From Octopus sinensis (taxonomy: Eukaryota): a stretch of 64,000 nucleotides of DNA. Positions 54,036 to 64,000 of this stretch are shown here, in pieces (position 1 is the first letter of the stretch; each line of letters opens with the position of its first letter). The stretch lies in the NCBI RefSeq assembly GCF_006345805.1, contig NC_042998.1:135904001-135968000 (forward strand), given 5' to 3'. The position numbers and the translations under genes were made by a program. The notes under the pieces are model-generated. The model was not told the DNA's origin. It searched no databases and saw nothing but the letters and a program-made list of their open reading frames with translations.

Positions 54036-55093
54036 AATCATGAAAGGAACGACATTCAGCCATAGAAAATCTACCTCAACTAATTCCATCTGACCCATGC
54101 AAGAATAGAAAAGTGGACATTAAAACAATGGTAGTGATGAAGATGATATTTTTATTGTCACAACATATTTTCAAAAAGTCACAACAAGTTTACTAAAATA
54201 AATAGATAGGTGTATAAATGAATATAAACTAAGTTAAGTAAAAAAAAATATTTAAACAAAAATCAAGTTAAACTTCAGTTTACAATACAATGAAGCTAAG
54301 AATTGTTAAAAAATATTTCTACAAAATAAATTCAACGATAAAAATGGCTGCTGTAAACATTTTCATCTTTTCACCATGACAGTTGTATAATTTAACAACT
54401 AAACAATTCTGTTTAGTTATGAGATTGATTTCTAAGCACTTATAATTTAATCAATATCTGCAAAATGTATTTTCAAAACATCAGTATTTCTTTGTAAGTC
54501 TAACAAAGACAACCAGAGAGAAATATAATGAACTAAGAGACATGTTTAAAGTTCATTTGCGTGCATGTGTGTGTGTGTGTGTGAATGTATATATACATAT
54601 AAATATAATAACTGAGGGGATAGATATAACCAGGTGATCACCTCATCAGCAGTACACATAGGGACTTGGCTAGTGTAATATTCCAAAAACTGAAGGAAGA
54701 TCAGTTATACTTCAGTTAATGATAAAAACAGAGCACTTTGCAAATCCAAGGTATGATCCAGTAAGCATGTTGTAAGCCTCACAGAGTAAATGATAATTGA
54801 GGAAAAGAGAATTTAAATCAATGTTACAAACATTTCTGCAAATGAATGTTACTTATTATATACTACATACAAAGTTATGCAACTCAAGTTAATTGTGATT
54901 CAAATCAGGATGTCTGAGGAAGTGAATGAACAATACTATCACATATGTCACATATACTACATAACTTAGTGTGTAGTATGAAATAAACAACATTCATTTA
55001 TGGGAAACATTCAAAACATCGATTTGACTTCCCTTTTCTTGAATGAATGAATGTAAGTATGTATGATGTATGTATATATGTATATGCATATTT

Positions 55094-55139
<46 letters not shown>

Positions 55140-56347
55140 TTACTCAGAGTACATTTAAATATAGATAATATATCAATACAAATATACATATACATAGAGT
55201 ATATACAAATGGATAGATCTCCATTGGTTTTGATTATGATTCCAACTAGATCAACTGAATTACCAGGTCATTGAATTAGTTTAGCATGACAAGCTGAGCA
55301 TTCTAGACATGTGAACATAAAACCAGTGTGACACAGTATACAACAAGACTATATCTTGTTCTATTCTCTTGTCATTTCAATGGCAGCTTCTGTGACAAGA
55401 AAGAGTATAGCACTCACTACCTAATTGCATTTTAGTCTAAAATAATTTCTAGTGGTCTTCATCAACCAAGCTGTCAATTCTTGTAGATATCCAATGCCAA
55501 AGGAATACAATTTACAGTTTTCTCAATAAGAAATGAACCATCTTGTCTTTCCTATGAGATGTCATCACTCCCAGAAAAAAAGGGGTCAATTTTTTTTCCT
55601 TTAAAAAAAACTACCATATAGAAAAAGCTACACAGAAAAATTAACTAGCAAAACTATGTACACCATTGTATATTTCAACAGCACCAGAACCTCAATCAGT
55701 AGACATGTAAAAGAAACAATCTTACAAATACTACATCATTCCTATACATGACAAGCTTCTTTAATTGTGTGTAGATTTGGTAGAATGAAATTAAAAGAAG
55801 ACTGTTGCTTCTGCTGCTCAATTTATTTTTAATAATCCCACTGGCTTTTAGCAACACCTGTGCCCGATTGGTCCCTGTATTTCTAAGTATATCACTAGCA
55901 AAGCAGTCACTGCTATTTCCAGTAGCCAGGTATCTGCCACAAACAAGGCCAAAAGAGGCCAAAATCACATGATCTGGTAGTCCTGGCAATGAAAGTAGTG
56001 GTGATTGTCTTCTGCTGGAGAGAGCTACGATATGCTTTTATGTATCGTAAAATCATATGTGAGTTTTTCTCCCTTGGTAAATATCACAGTATTTGGGTGT
56101 TCTAATGCAACATCCACTTTTAAGTGGTGAATATTTCAGTCACTCTAATTATATACATACATATATATATATACATACATATATATATATATATATAAAT
56201 ATGAATAAAAGTAAAGAGTATAGAAACTTGTACATCTACAAAATTCATGTTGTACTTATATACAGCATAATGACCTGCACATGTTTCCGCTGCAGTGACT
56301 AGTCACTGGTCATTGTGGTTAGCTGTTAACTACTTAACTGAGAGCTA

Positions 56348-56407
<60 letters not shown>

Positions 56408-58697
56408 TATATATATATATAAAACTATCATCATCAGTATGTGTACATATAAGTTACCTGAAAACAAGACATTCAAGATGTGGTGTATATAAACATACAA
56501 AAAATAATGATAAGTAGTTATTAATTAAACTAACATTTAACATTTTAGTTATTACTAAAATATCGAAATATAAAAATCTGCTTCAATAACAGCTGATGTA
56601 TTTCATGACAGTTTTTTGGGGGTTTTTTTTTACATGATTTAGCCACTTCATAATCATGACTGCCTAAAGCCCTAAACACTTCTAACAGCCAAGTGGTTGC
56701 CTCAATATCTTGATTTCTTTTGTCTGTCAAGGCCACCATGACATACTAAAATCCTTCTCTTGTGATTTTGATAGGTGAAGTACTCATATTATTTTATATA
56801 AATTTCTTTGTATTCCTTGTATTTTAAACATAAACAGACATGTCCTTCGGTGAAATTCAGTAAATTAATTGATTGAATATGACTAATGTGAAGGAATAAT
56901 TGACACTAAGAAATTAATACTAATCACAAGAAACATGATAATCATCCAAAATTGATCAAAAACTAAAACCAGAAACAAAAATATAATCAAATAAATTTAA
57001 AAAGTGAAAATAAAAAATTAATTAAATGTTGATTATTAAAAAATAAACTATATTTATCATTGTATTGTGAATAATGTTAGAGCAGTGAATTGTAAAAATT
57101 AGTTGAGGAGTATCAGACAAAATACCTTGTGATATTTAACTACCTCACTTTACTTTCTGATTTCAAATCACATCAATGTCAGTCATCTTTAGATTACAGG
57201 GATTCTCAAATCAAGATACAAGTACTCTGAGGAATTTGTAAAAGAAATTTTGAGTATGTGAAATTTTTCATCCTTTAAGTGCAGTGATTCTTAAGCTGGG
57301 GTACATGTATTCCTGGGGGTACACAAGACAAATTATGGGGTTAGGTAAGATTTGTAAAAACATTGAATTTTAAAGTAATATCACAACTAACTATTTTTCA
57401 ATGGTGCACTCTCTGATTTAGTAAACAGCATTTATAAAAGAAGACATTCAACCAGATGTTTGGAAGTCTTCACTTTCAAATGCAATGATTAATAATTAGT
57501 TAGGCACAGAAGGCAGTGAGCTGGCAGAATTGTTAGTACACCAGGCAAAATGCTTGGCGGTATTTTGTCTATCTTTATGTTTTGAGTTCAAATTCTGTCA
57601 ATGTCAACTATGCCTTTCATCTTTTCAGGGTCAATAAAATAAGTACCAGTTGGGCACCTGGGCCAATGGAATCAACTTATCCCTCCCTTGAAATTGATAG
57701 CCTTCTGCCAAAATTTGAAACCAATAGCAAATTAGGCTATGTGCAAAACAAGCTTCTTAATCAAACAGCCTTATAAAAGGAAGAAGTGTCATTTTATAAA
57801 AAGAAGAACTGAATGATGCTATTTGTGGTATTTTATTGCAGAAGACACTATAATGGTTTTTGAAGGCATTTATATTTTCTCTATCATTGCTGACCTAGGG
57901 TTAAACAACACAACTTACTTCAGCTGGCCAATTTCTAGAACATGATGACCTTGGTAATGTACACTATATATGGATATATATGGCAACAGTGATGTTATAT
58001 CAGGTTGTTATGCAATTATAATGGGCATTTGAGAAAACAACACTCACACAGGAATATCAAATGATCATTAATTATAAGATTTCACCATCAGCATCATCCA
58101 CACCATTCCCAATGATTCCTGACACCACTGTCATTACAACAATTGTTAACACAGTCAAAAAATCACCACACAATTATTAAACATTACACCAACAACCACC
58201 ATAATCTTCCTCAGTAGAGACACCAACAGCAGCAACAATAACAACAATGAGGATGAATGCCTTCTGTAGTTTAAGATGGAATTCTTCTCAGAGTTTTAGT
58301 TCCAAACTAGCAATGATTCTCTTCAAATTAGAAATAGTGTCACTTCCAGATCTTTTTTCCAGTCAAGCAGTTCCAGCAAAGACCTGAGGTGAAGTTTGTG
58401 CACAATTGAAGAGACCTTAAGCCTGTAATGTTGGTGCATAATAACAAATGACTGAGTGCAGTTCAAAATCCCTTTGCTCAAATCAACACCCTCCTACACA
58501 CCACCACCACCACCACCACCACCACTAAACTCAACGAACATATATTTTACAAGACACCAGCTTTAAACAAGGTCTGTCTTACTTTTTATTATTATCTAAT
58601 TTACAAATCAAAATAAGTGGTTATGGATGTGTGAATTATGGCAATTTAGTGTAGCAGTGTATGTGCTGTGTATGCATGTAAATTATATGTGTGTGTG

Positions 58698-58752
<55 letters not shown>

Positions 58753-58761
<9 letters not shown>

Positions 58762-60884
58762 TTGTCATATTTGGGGATGGTTATCTTTTGCAAATAAACA
58801 CATGCAATATTTATTTGATCTTCACTTTAGTTTTATTATTATTATTAATAATATTAAAAATAATATTCTTTTCTTTTATTGGCCACAAGGGCCCAAGACA
58901 TAGAGGACAATATTGAAGGATGAGTTAGAGCACAAAAAAAAATTACAAAAACGTGTGGTTAACATCAATCAAGGAGAGATGCTATCACATTAAAGAATAT
59001 AATAGGATATATATAAGAAAGTAGAGAAATAAATTATAAATAAATAAATAGAATGCCCAATAGCAGAGCAGCCCACTTAAGGTAATCTGGGGTAAACCTC
59101 AAACAAAAATCCCACATTACTCTGCCATCTCTAAACCATGGGAAAGTGTCCTCTTCCAGTTTCTTTCCTCTCGCTTGGAAGAGCATACTCAAAGTAGATC
59201 TATTCAGTCTCAGCAGTCTTGCCACTGTCAACTATCTTTTGATAATCACACTAGAAGGTAGCACATCTCTCTCTATCCTCCCCTTCCGCTTCAAATGATA
59301 TTGATGAAGGTTTGACCAGATAAGAATGTGCCTGCCTTCAAGCCTTTCAGATGGGTCCGGTCCACCACACAGCCTCTTTAGCCACAACCACTAAACTGAG
59401 AAAGATCTGCCTTCCTTCTTTGCTAAGGGAAGGTGTTGTAATCATCAATGATTTCAAATTTATATATGAGTATGTATGTATTATCATATTATGTTCACAT
59501 ACTCTTATTAAATAAGACTGATTATTGCATTGCAAGCATCTATCAAAGACTAATACTATAATCCTTAAATAAGGTATTTTTATGAGACTATTAGACTAAT
59601 TATACTAATTAGCATATTGTTTTAAAATGTGTTCTAAGTCCACTACCCTCACATTTCTATAACAACCAAATATAATCATTTTCATTCTTCATCATCATTA
59701 ACCTCATTAATTTTTATATCCTTCTTCTTCCTCCATTCACTTCGCCATCGCTTAGACCCCAAAATATACTTCTATTGCCTAATTTATCCAATTAGATTTT
59801 AACCTTCCAATAATTTAATCATTCCATTATTTAATTTGATAGCACAATGATATAACTTTTACCCTTAATTTAGTAGAATTTACTTTTTCCTTTGCATCAT
59901 TTTATGACTTGTACCAATTTTTATTCTTTTTTTTTAACATTGCAAGCTTAATACCTTACTTAATAGATTTAACATTTTACTCCACTTATTGCAAAATGTA
60001 ATTCTTCCATTCCTTTTTGCTTATTTCTTTTCTGTTTCCCTTTAATTTCATCACTAACTTACACCTTCTCCTTTACCTTTCTTCTGTAACTCCATTTTCT
60101 AAATCTAAAATTTAATTATAAATTTAAATTTTTAACATTTGTTTTCCTTTTCACTTGTAATATAGTAATCCATTATTCATTAAAAAGAAAATTCCACCTC
60201 AATTTCCCATTGATTAAACTATATATTCTTTAATATAGTCATATTTAACATTTGCAAAGATGCATGTGTGGCTTAATGGTTAGAATATTCAGCTCATGAT
60301 CATAAGGTTGGGAGTTCAATTTCTGGCAGTGCACTGTGTCCTAGAGCAAGATACTTTATTTCACATTGCTTCAATCCACTCAGCTGGCAAAAATGAGTTG
60401 TACCGGTAAACTCAAAGGGTCATCCTTGTCACATCATGTACTATGCTGAATCTCCTTGAGAGCTACGTTAAAGGTATGCATATGTATGTCTGTAGAATGC
60501 TCAACCACTTGTACACTAATTGTACATTAATTTCATGAAGAGGCTGTTCTACTGATTGAATCAACTGAAATCCTGGTTATCTAGTATTCATTTGACAAAT
60601 ATCAAAAAATTGAAACATACAGCAATTTGACTGAAATGACTTAACACACACTGTCTGAGTACTATCATATTTCTCAAAGTAAAATACACAGACACAGATA
60701 CACACACCCATGTATATAATCATCATGATCATCAACATCAGTTAACATCCGGCTTCTAAGCTGGTATGAGTTGGCTGGCTTGACAGGGTCTGACAAGTTG
60801 GAGAACTGTCATGCACCAAAGTCTACTTTGGCATGCACACCCACATATAACAATAGATGCATGTGTGTGTATATATATATATAT

Positions 60885-60920
<36 letters not shown>

Positions 60921-63035
60921 CACACACATTGTCATATTTGGGGATGGTTATCTTTTGCAAATAAACACATGCAATATTTATTTGATCTTCACTTTAGTTT
61001 TATTATTATTATTAATAATATTAAAAATAATATTCTTTTCTTTTATTGGCCACAAGGGCCCAAGACATAGAGGACAATATTGAAGGATGAGTTAGAGCAC
61101 AAAAAAAAATTACAAAAACGTGTGGTTAACATCAATCAAGGAGAGATGCTATCACATTAAAGAATATAATAGGATATATATAAGAAAGTAGAGAAATAAA
61201 TTATAAATAAATAAATAGAATGCCCAATAGCAGAGCAGCCCACTTAAGGTAATCTGGGGTAAACCTCAAACAAAAATCCCACATTACTCTGCCATCTCTA
61301 AACCATGGGAAAGTGTCCTCTTCCAGTTTCTTTCCTCTCGCTTGGAAGAGCATACTCAAAGTAGATCTATTCAGTCTCAGCAGTCTTGCCACTGTCAACT
61401 ATCTTTTGATAAGCACACTAGAAGGTAGCACATCTCTCTCTATCCTCCCCTTCCACTTCAAATGATATTGATGAAGGTTTGACCAGATAAGAATGTGCCT
61501 GCCTTCAAGCCTTTCAGATGGGTCCGGTCCACCACACAGCCTCTTTAGCCACAACCACTAAACTGAGAAAGATCTGCCTTCCTTCTTTGCTAAGGGAAGG
61601 TGTTGTAATCATCAATGATTTCAAATTATATATGAGTATGTATGTATTATCATATTATGTTCACATACTCTTATTAAATAAGACTGATTATTGCATTGCA
61701 AGCATCTATCAAAGACTAATACTATAATCCTTAAATAAGGTATTTTTATGAGACTATTAGACTAATTATACTAATTAGCATATTGTTTTAAAATGTGTTC
61801 TAAGTCCACTACCCTCACATTTCTATAACAACCAATATAATCATTTTCATTCTTCATCATCATTAACCTCATTAATTTTTATATCCTTCTTCTTCCTCCA
61901 TTCACTTCGCCATCGCTTAGACCCCAAAATATACTTCTATTGCCTAATTTATCCAATTAGATTTTAACCTTCCAATAATTTAATCATTCCATTATTTAAT
62001 TTGATAGCACAATGATATAACTTTTACCCTTAATTTAGTAGAATTTACTTTTTCCTTTGCATCATTTTATGACTTGTACCAATTTTTATTCTTTTTTTTT
62101 AACATTGCAAGCTTAATACCTTACTTAATAGATTTAACATTTTACTCCACTTATTGCAAAATGTAATTCTTCCATTCCTTTTTGCTTATTTCTTTTCTGT
62201 TTCCCTTTAATTTCATCACTAACTTACACCTTCTCCTTTACCTTTCTTCTGTAACTCCATTTTCTAAATCTAAAATTTAATTATAAATTTAAATTTTTAA
62301 CATTTGTTTTCCTTTTCACTTGTAATATAGTAATCCATTATTCATTAAAAAGAAAATTCCACCTCAATTTCCCATTGATTAAACTATATATTCTTTAATA
62401 TAGTCATATTTAACATTTGCAAAGATGCATGTGTGGCTTAATGGTTAGAATATTCAGCTCATGATCATAAGGTTGGGAGTTCAATTTCTGGCAGTGCACT
62501 GTGTCCTAGAGCAAGATACTTTATTTCACATTGCTTCAATCCACTCAGCTGGCAAAAATGAGTTGTACCGGTAAACTCAAAGGGTCATCCTTGTCACATC
62601 ATGTACTATGCTGAATCTCCTTGAGAGCTACGTTAAAGGTATGCATATGTATGTCTGTAGAATGCTCAACCACTTGTACACTAATTGTACATTAATTTCA
62701 TGAAGAGGCTGTTCTACTGATTGAATCAACTGAAATCCTGGTTATCTAGTATTCATTTGACAAATATCAAAAAATTGAAACATACAGCAATTTGACTGAA
62801 ATGACTTAACACACACTGTCTGAGTACTATCATATTTCTCAAAGTAAAATACACAGACACAGATACACACACCCATGTATATAATCATCATGATCATCAA
62901 CATCAGTTAACATCCGGCTTCTAAGCTGGTATGAGTTGGCTGGCTTGACAGGGTCTGACAAGTTGGAGAACTGTCATGCACCAAAGTCTACTTTGGCATG
63001 CACACCCACATATAACAATAGATGCATGTGTGTGT
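58753..63035. repeat. Tandem duplication, two ~2.17-kb units, >99% identical
   Basis: Identical ORFs at 59034 and 61201 (offset 2167) and matching starts at 60771 and 62936 (offset 2165). All junctions lie in (GT)(TA)n tracts. Confidence 0.95.
58868..59420 (-). mobile_element. L1/Tx1-like LINE 3' end (duplicated at ~61035-61587)
   Basis: LSLVVVAKEAVWWT...HLKRKGRIERDVL...VARLLR, then a T-rich UTR ending cccttgtggccaataaaagaaa. Confidence 0.6.
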
Positions 63036-63038
63036 ATA

Positions 63039-63072
<34 letters not shown>

Positions 63073-63362
63073 CATACATATATATATATACATACATATA
63101 TACACATACATATATACACATACATACATATATACATACATATATACATACATATATATATACATATATATATATATACATACATATATATATATATATG
63201 TATACACACATACATATATACACACATACATATATATATATATATATGCATACATATATATATACATATTTATATATACATACATATTTATATACATATA
63301 TATATATACATACATACATATTTATATATACATATATATATATATATACATACATATATATA

Positions 63363-63394
<32 letters not shown>

Positions 63395-63415
63395 CATATA
63401 CATACATATATATAT

Positions 63416-63463
<48 letters not shown>

Positions 63464-63475
63464 CACACACATACA
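63036..63475. repeat. Long compound (TA)/(TACA)n microsatellite
   Basis: Directly visible; source of the long Y/I/H/T ORFs. Confidence 0.95.
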
Positions 63476-64000
63476 TAAACATAAAACACACAAAGTTCTT
63501 AAAGGAAAATCAATATACATATATCGCATGATGGTCAAAACTTTAGTTTTGATTCTAACTGAATTGTCAGTTCTAGAAGGCCAAACGATCAAAATTGCTG
63601 AAAAAGACACCAGAATAACATGGTCCAAAACCTATAATTCTACCAACACACCCATTATTCTGCACATACATACAAGTATTAATTCAAAAACTGCCATGAG
63701 CTATAATATTTCGTTATCCAATAATAGGTATCCTTCGATGACTTTCAATATCCCATATCACATATGGAAATGAATATCTTCTAATACTACGAGGTATAAT
63801 CAATAGTTTATTAACATTTCCAGTCAGCCAAGAAATTCTCTTAGTTTCTATGGAATAACTTTTTCTCACTCAGTCTTTTGCTTTTTTTTTTTTATTACTT
63901 CCATTATTAAGTGCAAGTGAGGTTGCTTGGTTAAGAAGCTTGTTTTGTAACCATATGGTCTTGGTTTCAGTCCCACTGCATGGCACCTTAGGCAAATATC

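Noticed and set aside
55696-56030. 97-aa ORF in unique, slightly GC-richer sequence
   Set aside because: No recognisable motif and no convincing splice-site pair; cannot be supported as an exon.
62921-63628. Long overlapping ORFs (up to 265 aa) rich in Y/I/H/T/M/C
   Set aside because: They are translations of a (TA)/(TACA)n microsatellite that lacks stop codons.

Overview
AT-rich eukaryotic DNA, almost certainly from a coleoid cephalopod (Octopus-like). This is inferred from dense (CA)n/(TA)n/(GAT)n microsatellites, tRNA-headed SINEs, RTE 3' ends with (GAT)n tails and R4/Dong LINEs. The window is mostly intron-like and repeat-derived, and most ORFs in the track are microsatellite artefacts. 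One convincing host exon was found (20213-20369, minus strand, 157 nt, Ser/Asp-rich, gene not identifiable). Decayed transposons include a Penelope-like element, two R4/Dong LINEs, Hero/NeSL and L1/Tx1 fragments, mariner and maT-like transposases, two non-autonomous Helitrons and nested hAT/piggyBac MITEs. Most notable: (1) a perfect 242-bp inverted templated duplication bracketing the single exon, predicted to form a pre-mRNA duplex (ADAR editing, exon skipping or circRNA); (2) an RTE insertion with a twin-priming-type 5' inversion and a 9-bp TSD; (3) a TIR-bounded element with LTR-like promoter motifs; (4) a near-identical 2.17-kb tandem duplication with junctions in (TA)n. All family assignments are from motif recognition by eye, not database searches.
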